From the human T2T-CHM13v2.0 reference genome, Homo sapiens: DNA of 64,000 nt. Position numbers and translations under genes: made by a program. The notes beneath the pieces were generated by a model. It saw only the letters and a list, made by a program, of their open reading frames with translations, had not been told where the DNA came from and ran no database searches. Each line of letters opens with the position of its first letter. Positions within the stretch are counted from its first letter, which is position 1. The stretch is taken from assembly GCF_009914755.1 (NCBI RefSeq), contig NC_060932.1. One strand, written 5' to 3'. Of the stretch, positions 43,724 through 57,608 are shown in pieces.

Positions 43724-44220
43724 TGTATTAGTCAGCTCAGTTGGGATTCACAGCTGTAATCCCAACACCTAGGGGGGCTAAGGCAGGTGGCTCACTTGAG
43801 GCCAGGAGTTTGAGACCAGCCTAGCCAATATAACGAAACCCCATTTCTACTAAAAATACAAACAAATTATCCAGGCATGGTGATGTGCGCCTGTAATCTC
43901 ACACCAGCTCAGGCTGCCATGACAAAATAACAAGCACTACGTGACTAAAACAACAGAAATTTATTTCTCACAGTTCTGGAAACTGGAAGTTTCAGATCAA
44001 GGTCTGGCAGGGTTCTGCTTCTCGTGAGGGTTCTCCTCCTGGCTTGCAGGTGGCCCCTCTCTGGTGGCTCTTCTTATAAGGACAAGAATCCTATCAGATC
44101 AGGACCCCACCTTCTCAGCTCATTTAATATGAATTACTTCCTTACAGCAAAAACAATTACATTTGGGGTTAGGGCTTCAATATATGAATTTTGCAAGGAC
44201 CCAATTCATTCCATTGCACA
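43724..44220 (-). mobile_element. MLT1A-type MaLR solo LTR, interrupted by an Alu fragment
   Basis: TGTATTAGTCAGCTCAG|GCTGCCATGACAAAATA...AACAACAGAAATTTATTTCTCACAGTTCTGGA...GGGTTAGGGCTTCAATATATGAATTT. Confidence 0.88.
43745..43901 (+). mobile_element. Internal Alu fragment with no 5' end and no tail, flanked by CAGCTCAG repeats
   Basis: About 91% identical (roughly 14 differences in 157 nt, counted by eye) to 45530-45686. Confidence 0.92.
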
Positions 44221-44330
44221 ATCACTGTAGAACAACATTTGAAGTAATTCAACTTGAAGTCCTGGAAAGTATATTTTTTGGCATCTCTAACACAAAGTTG
44301 TACTGATTCATTTTCAAAAATCTTATTTTT

Positions 44331-44617
44331 GGCTCAGCATGGTGGCTCACACCTGTAATCCCAGCACTTTGGGAGGCTAAGGTGGGCAGATCATGAGGTC
44401 AGGAGATCGAGACCATCTTGGCTAACATGGTGAAACCCCGTCTCTACTAAAAAAAAAATTCAAAAAAATTAGCCAGGCATAGTGGCGGGCACCTGTAGTC
44501 CCAGCTACTCAGGAGGCAGAGGCAGGAGAATGGCATGAACTCAGGAGGCGGAGGTTGCAGTGAGCCGGGATCGCGCCACTGCACTGCAGCCTGAGTGACA
44601 GAGCAAGACTCCATCTC

Positions 44618-44639
<22 letters not shown>
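44331..44639 (+). mobile_element. AluY/Sc-like
   Basis: GATCGAGACCATCTTGGCTAAC, GAATGGCATGAAC; perfect TSD AAAAATCTTATTTTT at 44316-44330 and 44640-44654. Confidence 0.95.
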
Positions 44640-44649
<10 letters not shown>

Positions 44650-45521
44650 TTTTTTATTTTTAGTTAAGTACTTTTTTGATGATGCAGGGGAGTTTAATTC
44701 GAATAATAACCACTGACTTGGCATTATCTTTACAGGAATTGATAGCATTTGGCCAACTTCTATATTTCCTCTTGAACTTTGAATGTAACCTTATTTAGAC
44801 TTTTAGACCTGGTCATGAACTCAGAAGTCATCCAGTCCAATTCCTTTATTTAAAGATGAGGAAATTTAGTCTTAAATAGCATAAGTTGTCCACATTCCTC
44901 AGAAAGATATTCAAAGCCGTTTACAGTTTGCCTCAATTGATACTTTAACAAAATTGTCCTTTATCCTATTCCATGTATTTTTTACCATACGAAATTCCTT
45001 GCCAATTATCTTTTCAGGTCCCACCTGAAGCCTATGTAGACATTTCTGCTTCCACACCCACAAAGAGAATTGGTAATTCCTTTCTTTCTGTCTCCTTAGA
45101 ATTTTTCCAAATGATTGCATAATACTTCTTAAATTGTATCATAATAATCTGTGCTAATTTACATTCTACATTAAATTACGAGCTTCTTGAAGTCAGCAAT
45201 TGGCCTCCACTGTTGCTAGCCCATGGTCTAGGGCTTTAATAAATGATTTCCAAATTTCATTTCTGAAAGCCATGTGGCTAATAAATTACACATCAATAAC
45301 AGGAATTGGGGTCTCCGTACTTCCTGATCAATGCTGTTTCTATTCCTGGACCACACTTCACTCTTTTTTTTATTATTTTTTTATTTTTTATTAGTTATTT
45401 ATTTATTATTATTTTTTTACTTCACCCTTAAGATGTTAGTGTTAGGGTTGCAGAAAGTCTTGTAGGGTAGAGGATTTACAAGTACGAGTTCAGAGAAGCC
45501 TTAGGAAAGTCCTGCCCTGCT

Positions 45522-45808
<287 letters not shown>

Positions 45809-47482
45809 AAAAGTCCTGCCCTGGCTCCAGAGATTACATCCAAATTCACTGTTTGACACCTATGTGTTTCAGATGCACCATGTCAGAGAAAACTGTTTTA
45901 TATGTCTTTGGACAAATTTACCCCAGTTTGACTTCTGCTGCTAAGACTCCAGCTTGCAGAGCTCTGCCAGGCCTGAGCCCCAGCACGTTGTGAGATGCTT
46001 TATATAGAAGAGCACTGATGACCCAAACAGATTAAAGGTCAGTGAAGTTAAGCCTGGGGTAATTGTTCTCTGAACTCTGGCACATTCTTACTGGGTTTCT
46101 GCTGTTTTACTGCATGTGACCCTTTGTTTATGGTTTAGCAAGGGTTGTGAAATTCTGAACACAGTTTCAAGAAATTACAAGAAGAGTGGTGAATTCTCTT
46201 TTCATGAGTCAAATCCCAATTCTTTTCATCTTCAGGTTTTCTTCCTTGAGAATTACAATAGTTGAGATATGTTTGCAATAGATATGTTGAACTCTTATGA
46301 AAATCCAGATGGATGAAGACACCTATTTTTTTCAATGCTGTGTGAATATCCAGAATTACTAACATATTAGAAATTTTGCAGTTTTCTGAACATGTAAAAT
46401 TTCTTGGAAGAAATTAGAAGAGAGCCTCTTGATCACAAAAAATATAAATTCTGCCTATGGTACAGATTTTCAAAAATGCCTGTATATATGTATATACATT
46501 AGGTATGGTCTTTATTCACTTAATTTAAATTTTAAATTGATAGATAAAACTGTATAAAATTAGGGTATTATCTTCAAAAGAGATGAAAATTTTCTGAAAA
46601 CCTGCAGACAAAAAGTTGAAAGGCTAATCCTGCTATTCTGTTTTGCTTTATAACAAATATTTTCCTATTCACGGTAAGTTTTTCTGGAAAAAAAATAGCT
46701 GTAAGTCAGAGATTCTTACTTAATTAACTAAAACCAATTATATCAGAGCAAGCTTCTTTTCCATCCTACAAACACGCATAAAAATACACATACAAAATGT
46801 TTTCACTTATGAATAAGCAACCTGAAGAACCACGAAAGCACTAAATTGGATGTTGATTTCAAAATACTCGTTTTGTCACCCCCAGGTTAGTGAGACTGCC
46901 AAGGGTATATGCTCTCTGGGTAGAAGAGTGGAGGATGGCCTTTGACTTGCATTTAGTCCAAAAAAAGTGCTTGATTACTCTGGCTAAGTATTTTCAGTTT
47001 TGTGCTGCTTAACTGCATAGGCGATTATTAATTTGCCACCTAGTATTTTTCTAGTCTACAGTAGGGGAAGGAAATGTAAGAAAAGTTTTTTTTTCTTTTA
47101 AAAAATATACATTAAAATATTTTCCCATTTTATCTATTAAAGTTTGTCTTTCTTAAATAACCCCATCACGAAAGTTTTCTAGTACCCTCAAAAATATAAC
47201 ATTTCTGCTAAGGAAGGAGCCAAAAAAAAATGCTAACAAAGATAAAGGAAATGGAAAAGAAGAGATGTGTAGAAAAAATTGTCCTGTTACTTGAACCCAA
47301 GCACTAGAGATGGCCATTTTGTTTACTTTCTCTTTAGGTATATACTCAGTGACAAAGTTATTAAAAATCAGACTATGTTACATAGCATGTTTGTGAATGC
47401 TGGAAGGTATCCCTAGGCAACACTATTTGAAAAGTAATGCCTATTTTATTCTGCAAAAGCAAGACAGTTACAAACTTTTTTT

Positions 47483-47766
47483 CTTTGAGGTGGAGTCTTG
47501 CTCTGTCGCCCACGCTGGAGTGCATGGCGCGATCTAGGCTCACTGCAAGCTCCGCGTCCCGGGTTCACGCCATTCTCCTGCCTCAGCCTCCCAAGTAGCT
47601 GAGACTACAGGTGCCCGCCACCACGCCCGGCTAATTTTTTCGTATTTTTAGTAGAGATGGGGTTTCACCGTGTTAGCCAGGATGGTCTCGATCTCCTGAC
47701 CTCGTGATCCAGTGCCTCGGCCTCCCAAAGTGCTGGGATTACAGGCGTGAGCCACCGCACCCATCC
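47483..47766 (-). mobile_element. AluY with very short tail
   Basis: GCAAGCTCCGC, GGGTTCACGCCATTCTCC, CCGTGTTAGCCAGGATGG; TSD TACAAACTTTTTTT. Confidence 0.96.
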
Positions 47767-48619
47767 TACAAACTTTTTTTTCTAAGCAGTGTTCTCTCTC
47801 CTCTCTCACAAAACCTGCCTCACAAGCTGATTCGGAATTCCTTATTTGTATCCTTAACCCATCAATTTGGCTTTGTTGGGTAATGTTACGCTCAGGTAAT
47901 GCTATACAAATCTGGGCAAATGGGTCTTACTTCAAAAGACTTGGGACTCAAATTATAAGTGAAAAGAGTCCAGTTCTGCTAATAATATGCACCTGCAGCT
48001 CTGCTTGAGGTTAGTGGGAATCTTGACTATTGGAAGAGGTGGGGTTTACTTTAAGCTGGTTTAGCAAAGTACAGCTCAATCTAAACGATGCATTGGAAAG
48101 GAAACTCCACAAATCCAGTGATGTGACATTTGTCTACAACAGCAATCATAAGGGTAGTTTCATGACATCCAAGAATGCTTCCAGTTACTGAAGAAATCTT
48201 GCAAAATCATTTAAGGAATTTTCAAAGTATACTTAATTGCTTGTTGTATATAATAATGACATAAAATGATATAAAATAAAATGAATAGGAACCATACTAT
48301 GATTTCACCAGAGAAGTTGGGTGGTGTCATAAAGTTAAGCAATGAGATGTGATTGTAACTTTGAACAGGTTGGAAGTTATTTAAGTTCTCATGCTATTCA
48401 GGCCATTATGGAATGAAAATCATAAATGTTCAGGATATTGCAGATGCATTTACACTTGACAGGGTTTGACAGAAATGAGACACTTGTTAATAAGATTTAT
48501 AAAGAGCTACTCCATCGACATTTTAAAAGTGAGTATGTTGGATTCCGCATTATAGTATTTATAAAGCTTTCCACACAACTGGGTAGAATTCTTTCTTTGC
48601 CTATCCCCACAGGAGACAG

Positions 48620-48800
48620 ACAAGCTGGGTTCAAGCAAGCTGAGTTTCCTTGAGACATTAATTTCATGTGTCTGAGTTCTAGTTTCCTCTTCTGTAAAAT
48701 GAAGATAATACCCGCCTGGTTGTACTATTTTGAGAATTAAATAAGGTAATGTACATAAAACACTCAGTACAGAGCTCTACACAGAACGAACACTCAATAG
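48620..48800 (+). mobile_element. MIR relic
   Basis: AGTTTCCTCTTCTGTAAAATGAAGATAATA...TTGAGAATTAAATAAGGTAATGTACATAAAACACTCAGTACAG. Confidence 0.8.
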
Positions 48801-48802
48801 AC

Positions 48803-49150
48803 CAGCCTGCACATTAGAATCACATGGAGAAATTTAATATCTACCACTGCCAGGGCCTCACTGCAAACCAACTGAAATCAGAAATGTATTAGGGAGCATA
48901 TATTGGTATTATAAAAGCCCCCCACGAGATTATCACTGTAGCCAGGGTTGCAAACCATTGATCTAAGCTACCCAATTCCTCTACTAGTAGTTCTTAACCA
49001 TGGCTGCACATTGACATCACCTGGGAAACTTAAAATACTGATGCCTGGGTTTCTGTTTCTGATTTAATTGATACAGCGCTGGGCTTGGGCATTGGGATTG
49101 TTATAAATTCTCCAGTTAATCCTAATATGCTGGAGGTTGAGAACCACTGA
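48803..49150. mobile_element. Two adjacent MER5-like MITEs
   Basis: CTGCACATTAGAATCAC...AAACCATTG and TAGTAGTTCTTAACCATGGCTGCACATTGACATCACCTGGG...GTTGAGAACCACTG. Confidence 0.78.
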
Positions 49151-49477
49151 GAATCAGCAAGGAAAGACTTACTCTGTGTTTTTTGGTTGCATAGTGTGAT
49201 TTTTTTTTCTTTTATAAATAATGTAATTTTCTGATCATACAAGTAATCCATGTCTTAGAAAATATGAAATGTAGAAAACAATGAAAAAAATAAAAAATAA
49301 AATTCATAATCTTACTACCCAGATACAAACATTGTCAACAGTTTGGTTTGTTTCCTTCTTTCAATGCTAATTGCTTTGCATGGCTGGGCTCATGTTTTAT
49401 ACACATTATTTTTTTTTTTTCTTTTTCACCTTAATATTAGAAAACAAGTATTTTCCTTTTCTTAAAGAGACAATATT

Positions 49478-49792
49478 GGCTGGCTGCAGCGGCTCATGCC
49501 TGCGATCTCAATACTTGGGGAGGTTGAGGCGGGCAGAATGTTTGAGCTCAGGAGTTCAAGTCCAGCTTGGGCAACATGGCGAAACCCTGTCTCTACAAAA
49601 ACATACAAAAAGTAGCTGGGTGTGTTGGCATGTGCCTGTAGTACCAGCTGCTCAGGAGGTTGAGGTAGGAGGATCACCTGAGCCAGGGAGGTTGAGGCTG
49701 CAGTGAGCCTTAATTATACCACTGCACTCCAGCCTGGGCGACGGAGTGAGACCTTGTCTCAGAAAAACAATACAAAACAAAACGAGAGAGAG
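49478..49792 (+). mobile_element. AluJ inserted into the 3' end of an antisense AluJ
   Basis: J-type dimer; degenerate TSD AAAGAGACAATATT (49464-49477) / AAAGAAACAGGATT (49793-49806). Confidence 0.9.
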
Positions 49793-50095
49793 AAAGAAAC
49801 AGGATTTTACCCTGTCGTGCAGGCTGGAGTGAAATGGTGCAAACATCTTAATAGCTCACTGTAGCCTCGAACTCCTGGGCTCAAGCAATCCTCCTGACTC
49901 AACCTCCTGAGCAGCTGGGACTACAGGGGCATGCTAACATGCTCTGCTAATTTTTTTTTTAATTTCTTTTTTATCTTTTGAGACAAGTTCCTCTATGTTA
50001 CTCAGGCTGGTCTTGCATTGCTGTTCTCAAGCTATCCTCCCGCTTCAGCCTTTCAAGTAGCTGGGATTACAGGGGTGAGCCACCACGCCCTGCTC
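49793..50095 (-). mobile_element. AluJ, antisense; its tail lies at ~49450-49472
   Basis: CAGGCTGGAGTG...ATAGCTCACTGTAGCCTCGAACTCCTGGGCTCAAGC...GAGCCACCACGCCC. Confidence 0.9.
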
Positions 50096-51249
50096 CAGTG
50101 TAGGTATTTTCAATGTTACTTAATGGACATTTTAGGTATCATTTTAAATAAGTAGAATGTGTTTAAAAAGTACCCTTTACATATTATTATTTCCTATATT
50201 TCAAAGATAGGTCTGGACAAGATATTTATGAACTTTTAGACAAGTTTTCCCTACCAAAATCTAATGTCCCTTCTGTTAGGGTAAGGAAAAGTAGAATCAA
50301 GCTTCTTGCTCAAGGAAGAACTGAAAAGGGCTGACAGTAGGCGTTGCTGCCTAACTTCTTATTTAGTACATATATCAATAATCTTCTATAAGTAAGTCAT
50401 GACATTAGGTGCTGGGCACTGGGCTAAATAGTGATCTGAATGCTAGGCCAAGCTGAGACAGATTTCCCATATAGTCAAGGCAGGAAGAAGAGGAAGGACA
50501 GAATTTCCCAAAACCAAAGAAATAAATTCAAAAGTGGAGTCAAAGAGCAGCCAGACACAATAGATGTCAACCACTAAACTTGAGAAAACAGCAGAACTTT
50601 CCAGCCTCAGGCTCTGAAGGAGGAAAGTGGGAGCAGTGGCTTAATTGGAACCATTTTGCAAGGCAGAGAGGAGTTGGCACATACTGTTCTACAGAGTGAG
50701 TCTGGGAAGCTGAAGACAACATCTGCAGGGAAGATGACCTCGATGACACTTCATAGGATGTGGAAGCTGAGCAATACAGCTTAGATGACTTACTGGAAGT
50801 TCACCAGTAAAACTGGAGAAAGAGCCCAGTGTTTTGGGGACATCATAGAGTCTGGCTTGGAAAAATTTCTTTGACATCTGCCAATGAGGAGGCAGCAAAG
50901 CGTGAAATTAGGACATTTGTCTGGTTGCAGTTAGATTCCCGGGCACTCTGTATGGTGGGGATCCAAGTGCCCAATAGTGGAATGATTTTGAGGCAGTGCC
51001 TGGAATTAGAGTGAAACTCTTATGTCGGTTAACCTTTCCTGCCTTCATTAGCTCACATCCCTTCCACTCCTGAACGTGGACATCTGTTTCTTGCAATTCA
51101 TAATTAATGGTCTATTATCTAGTATTGTTGCCTAATTTTTCAATGGATGTTAATCTTGTTACTAAAACAAAACTATAAACAAGGGGGGTGTGGAAGAGGG
51201 AAGGAGAACTTGTATTATATTTACAATAAAACTCAAATTTACCATAATC

Positions 51250-51890
51250 TCTGTCTCTGGTGTCTGCATCAGCCACACTGGCCCCTTCCCGTTCTCTAAG
51301 CATTCTACTGTCTTTCCTGTCTCAGGGCCTTTGCCCCGGATATTTCCTGTTTAGAATTCTCTTCTGTTTTGTTTTGTTTTTTTCCAACCACATGGCTGGC
51401 TTCTTCTCATCACTTAAGTGTTCCAGCATCCTAGAGAGGCCTTTCCAGACCATCCTACCAATGTTACTCCCCACATCTCTGTTTTCTCGATTACATCTTT
51501 CTATTCCCTTATCACAATGCGTGCATTCATTTATTCAGTAATTGTGCATTACCCTTCTACTGTGTGCTAGATATGGGCATACAATATTGGTCTTTGCCAT
51601 CACAGAGCCTACACTTTGTGGGGGATGTAAACATTAATGAGACAAACATCACACAAATATTTGTAAATTACTAATTCTGTTAATGTCTACACATGAGAGC
51701 CCATGGAACTAACCTGAAAGTATTTCTGTATTTTAATTTGGATTTCTTTGTAGTTTGTTATCTTTCTGCCACTTGTATATTTGCTCCCTGAGGGCAGAGT
51801 CATTGCTTTCTGTCTGTTTCTGCACTGTGTTCTCAGAGCATGCATATTGTGGAGACTTAGTATATGTCATTGAATACGTGAATGCTAAGC
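51250..51890. mobile_element. L2 relics in both orientations
   Basis: CTCAGGGCCTTTGC...GAGAGGCCTTTCC; CATTCATTTATTCAG...TACTGTGTGCTAG; CTCCCTGAGGGCAGAG...TTGAATACGTGAATG. Confidence 0.65.
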
Positions 51891-52556
51891 ATTTGCAGTG
51901 TTTTTTTTTTTTTTTTTAAACTTTATGGTGTCCATCAGAACCTAGCATTATGCCTGTTTAATTGATTAACAACATTGAAGCTCAGATAACAAATTGGTCT
52001 CAGGTCATAAAGCTGGTGACAGAAGTGGAAACTGAACCTAGCTCTTTTTCCAAAAGATATTGTTCTGTCTATTACACAGAAGGCATGAGAGAGGTGAAGA
52101 GCAAATTATTGTAAATTGTTTTACAATAATATAGAACCTAAAGTCATTGGTTAAGGTATTTTTACATGTTCTCCCCCATAAAATTGAAAACAAACAAAAA
52201 AAACCAAAAGGAAAAAAATCACCAGCATGCAAAAATATCCTACAACTTTATTTTCCATTGTAGGTCCAGCAAAATCTAAGGTCGCCAAGCATGCTGAAAC
52301 ATTTCTCAGTATTTGGTGATTGCAAAACTGGATTTCATTTGGATCTTAGATTTGGTACCAAAATGATAACTTGAACCATCAAGAACAAAAGCTGTATGCT
52401 TGTGTGGCATTTGCTTTACTTGGCTAAAGAAAACCAGGTATAAAGGTACACACTCCCTTAACTCTTTCTACGCTCTAAGAAGCTCTTTGAAATGTGAAAT
52501 TCCTACAGTGGTTTCTTTGTTTGTTATAACTTGAGTGATAGCAGGGAGAGGTAGGG

Positions 52557-52603
52557 GTGTGTGTGTATGTGTGTGTGTGCGCACGTGCACACGCATGCAT
52601 GTG
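52557..52603. repeat. (GT)n plus mixed alternating purine-pyrimidine tract
   Basis: 47 nt of uninterrupted R/Y alternation. Confidence 0.9.
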
Positions 52604-52804
52604 ACTTCAGCTTTAGAGAAAAGAGGCAGGAGAATGAAAGAGAGAAAGGAGTTCAAGGAAAGCCAGAGAACAACTAAGAAGAAGATTTCTTGTCCAGATT
52701 CTTCAGTAACACACTGAACTCTACATAGAATGTCAGCCCATCACCTTCCTCTTCAGATCTGCTTACCTAGTTTGCTCCCTCTTCGTAGTTAAAGCTATTT
52801 TTAA

Positions 52805-53129
<325 letters not shown>

Positions 53130-56100
53130 TAATGATACTTCTATCTCCCCTTTTGTTTACTGACCCTACATACTGGTACATGAACCATGCAAGCACATAA
53201 GCTTACATGGATTCCCTTTTTTGGACTAGGAATAGGTGTTTTTTAAAATTATCACATGCTATAGACATCTTTGTCAGCCTTTCAAAGACCAATCAAAACC
53301 AAACTTTTCCCCTAACTTAGTAAAAACATGTATATTTTAAGGAAAGTCGTCTCATATTTCTAACTCATTTACCCACAAACCATCAAAACAATAAAAATAA
53401 ATTGCCAACTAAGAAACTCATTTGAGTTTATTAAAATATAATTGCAATGTTTGTTTTCTGTCCTTAAAAGGACCCTCATCTTTTGCCAAGGATTAAATTC
53501 TTGGTATGTTTGAGATTGCATGGTAAATCTTTGCCCACAGACTTGCAACACTTTCTTCAACTAGGACACGTGTCTTGCTGTTCTAATACTTCATTTACAT
53601 TTAATCCAATCTGTATTCCCGTAGTATAGTCCTTAGAAATCGAATTCCATTTTAAATTTCCATGTCACAACCTCTATCCTGTTACTGGACTTTGCACAGG
53701 TCGAGAGAATACCCTGTAGGGATCCCTTTGTGGACTTAAATTAGGAGAAAAATACTTTGAGTTAGACTGATTATATCTATCCTTTAGAACAAAAGCATGC
53801 TAGGCTATTGAATGCAGTGAGTCAGATGTCCACAGGGCTTACTATTATCTAAGGTGCACGTGGAGCTGATCCACGCCTTTGGTGGTAAGTGACTGCACAG
53901 CTCCCCTCCCTTGAAGGAGGAACTACTGGCCTCAATTCACTTGCAGATACTATGATAGTTCCAGGATCTTCTGGAAAGTCAGGTGACCCTGTGCCTTTAT
54001 CCTACTCTAGATGTGACCAGAGTTCAAACAGAAGACACCTGTGAATGCGTTGGAGGGACAAATGCCAGATGCATGAGATGTTACCAATTTCTCTTTTGAG
54101 AATGTTGGAGTCCACCTTGCTTAATGAAGCACTTACAGCACTTTCATTGTGCACCACTGAGCGAGCCGTGGTGAGACGGTGCTCCTTCTGGGTTTCCAGA
54201 CATGTGTCATTTCCACTGCATATTTAGCAGCACATAACTGCCTGCAGTGGGGAGAGCGGAATGTGAGGCATGTCTCACCGAGGAATAGGGTTGTTATTTA
54301 AAAAAATTAAAAAAAATCACTCAACTGCTAATGGAAATGTCAACCTCTCAGCCCTATTCTTAAAAATAAATATATACAAGGAGTTCCCCATATGAGAGGC
54401 ACCTAAGTGACCCAAGATATTCATTTCCCTGAAGTCACTCACAGCAGGCCTGTCTGGAAAAATGCTTTCATCTTCCGCAAAGAGAGGGGAAAATGTACCA
54501 GCCAGAAGGTTTAAAGACTAGGACTTTAGAAGGTGAAGTGGGAAAAGTGATCCTTCAGTCAGGTGAATTTGGACCAAACAAGATTAATTTCTATGCTTTC
54601 AGCTCAACAAGTGCTGCATAAAGACCACAGAATTATAGACTCGAAGAGAAGCCTGTACGGCTCGTCCAGCTAGCTGTTTAACACTGGGTTCCTCCTAGTC
54701 CTGGAATTCCTATTGGGAGCCCAGGGCTGAAGGGGCAGTGGAAATAGTAGGGCTTCCTATTGTTCCTGCCAGGACAACTCTGCTTTCATCTGCTTTCTGG
54801 ATTGTAATCTACTTTAATTCATTGAGAAAATGTCTGTTGAGCATCCACTACATGCCTGGCGCTGTCCTAAGTATGATGATATCGTAGTGATTAAGATGGA
54901 CACGGTCCATGGCCCCATGAAACTTGCAGTCTATGGAAGGTTCTTTGTGGGCACATGGTAGGTGTGTGAATGGGGAGGTTCTATGGTTAACACTATGAGT
55001 GATATTCTAGCCTTTGAGGATAAATAAACCCAACAAGTTAAAGCCCCACAGCAAATTAACAGAAAAGCTGGGGAAAGAACCCAGAGGTCTTGACTTATAC
55101 TTCAGTGTTCTTGTTCCCAAGTTCAGACAAGAAGTTCAAACAACAAAAAATTTAGAAACCTGCTTGGTTAGAGCAGATATAAATTTTGGGCCAGAAACTT
55201 CCCCTGACTAGGTCTTCTCTCCATTTCTCTCCTTTCGGATGCCCTCTCAGGACTCAGTGAAGGCTCTATGCTCATCCTCAGACACAGGAAAGATCTTTCC
55301 AGACCAAGGTCTCCCTTTCCCCTCTGGGTCGAAGGCCACCCAGCTGTACTTTGTTCCAGAAGCTTTCCCATCAGTCATTCTCCCTTCTGGCCGGGCTCTC
55401 CCACACACACTCATCTCTGTGGAATTGCTGGGCTCTTGCATTCCTCGATGTGTTGCATCACTTCCTTCCTTCCTGTCTTGCGTGCATGGGGCACACTTTT
55501 CAACCCTCATTCCTGTCTACTCACTCTCCCAACCACGAACTTTGCCTCCTTTCCCTTTCCTCTCCATGTCTCCCTGGAGGCTGTATTCTGTATTTTATAA
55601 TGCTAAAAATGAGAATAGAGGCCAGATGACACTCAGTGTATTTGTGTCTCTCTCCTTAAAATCCTTTACTCTTTTCTAATTTTGGGTTTCTGCTTTAGTC
55701 CTGGTCACTCGTTCTGGCTGCTGTCATACCTTGGGTCTTGCAAGGCTAGATCTGATCAGTTTTACAAGGAGAAGGGGACCTGCAGGGTTTGTAACTCAGG
55801 ACGTGAAATGCATCTCACTCAATCCGTCCAGATCATGAACTGTGAGGAAACGTGACACAGAGAACTGCTGGCAGTGATTCTACACTGTCCTTAAAGATCC
55901 TGTAGTACAGACAGCCTCCTGTTCTTAGGTGCTGCCTACATGTTAGCTTGCATATCTCAATCGTCATTAGGGGGCCCAATAGAAGAAAAGCAAAAAGCAG
56001 CCTCCACCTACCAAAGATCTTCCCATGAATTGTTTTTTTGTACAACCTTGTTTCTTGATTACAACAACAACAACAAAACAAAATAAGACAAAGACGTGCT

Positions 56101-57358
56101 TATTTGTTTTTGTGAAGGGTGTGTTTTCTTTACATAGTCTAGCACACTGAATCTTTCCTGTATCCTTTGAAGTCATCATATCAGGCACTTTGTGATGTTT
56201 AGTGAAATACTCTGTAGTAGAAGTGAAGTACTCTGCAGTTTATTCTTCTCTTTTGTGTTTTGTTTCATCTGAAATTGGTCAATTTCAGGATGAATTCTGC
56301 AGGTTTGGCCAGTCTGCCAGCACCAGGGCAAGGAAGTGAGACAGGAGAGGTTTCAAGAGATTCTTCAAGTTACATTTGCAAATGAGGATGAGATAGTAAG
56401 ATTAGGACAAGAGCCTTGAGAAGTTTTTCGGCTTAGACAGGAATTTCACAGAAATAAACATAGACTCTCTTCAAATCCCAATTATGACCAATAATTGTGT
56501 GGGGTTTGGAAGAGTGTCTATACCTCTGGAGCTGGGAATGGTTTCTGGAATGGTGAAGTTCTGTGTTTAAAGCAGTGACTACATCTTTGACCCTGGCTTC
56601 AAGAGGCCCTTGTGTTCCAAACAGCTGAATTTAATCCAGTAATATGTAAAGTGGAAAAGAAAGTTAGAGCTCTTCTGTTGAAAGACATAATTGGGAATTT
56701 TTAAACAGATTAGATTTGACCCCCACTTTAAATTGAGAGATTAATGTCTCAAACTTGATAAAGGGCCCTCAGACACCATGTCTTCTATCTCCTAGGACAG
56801 TATATTTTCCATTACCAAACTCAAATTCATACGTTCCTTTCTTCCCTTCCCCCGCTTTCCATCCTTCTTTCTGGAAACTTGGCATCCTCTTCATAGTAAA
56901 GATGTCTGTTGTTGATTAAAGCATTGCCTTGCACCTCAGGCAGCAGCACAACAAGAAGGTCAAGTTCTCATTTGCCCCAAGGAAATCATGAAGGACTTGA
57001 GGTTGCTACAGTGAGATATTACCCAAGGGAAAACGCAAGCCAAGGCAGTTAAATTTTTTTTTTTTTTTCTGCATAGAAAAAAAAGTTCTTACAGAATGCC
57101 AGTGTTCTGTCAGAGAGAATTTTCCATTTGAGCCACACTTATTTGTACCAAGTTGACATGCATCATTCCTAATAGGTTAACCTTGGCAGCCTGGTGGAAA
57201 CACAGATACTCTGAGTTGTTAGGTGAAAGAGCCCTCACGGAAGGGAAGGATGTTTATGGTTTCCAGTTTCTAGAATAAACAAGTTTCTTCCAAGTAAGGA
57301 TAAGTGATATGGATGTTAGTGATGTTCTTCCTGCTCAGTCCATCTCTGATGATGGTTA

Positions 57359-57608
57359 TTTATTTATTTTAAGAGGGAGTCTCACTCTGTTGCCCAGGCT
57401 GGAGGGCAGCGGTGTGATCTTGGCTCACTGCCACCTCTGCCTCCTGGTTTCAAGCAATTCCCCTGCCTCAGCCTCCCAAGTAGCTGAGATTACAGGTGCT
57501 CACCACCATGCCTGGCTAATTTTTATATTTAGTAGAGACAGGGTTTCACCATGTTGGTCAGGCTGGTCTCAAACTCCTGACCTCAAATGATCTGATTGCC
57601 TCAGCCTC
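57359..57608 (-). mobile_element. AluS, 5'-truncated
   Basis: Ends at GCCTCAGCCTC; TSD CTCTGATGATG(G/T)TTA at 57344-57358 and 57606-57620. Confidence 0.93.

Noticed and set aside
55239-55679. Longest non-Alu ORF (146 aa) and overlapping ORFs
   Set aside because: It has a non-ATG start and lies in pyrimidine-rich sequence open in several frames, with no recognisable domain or exon structure.
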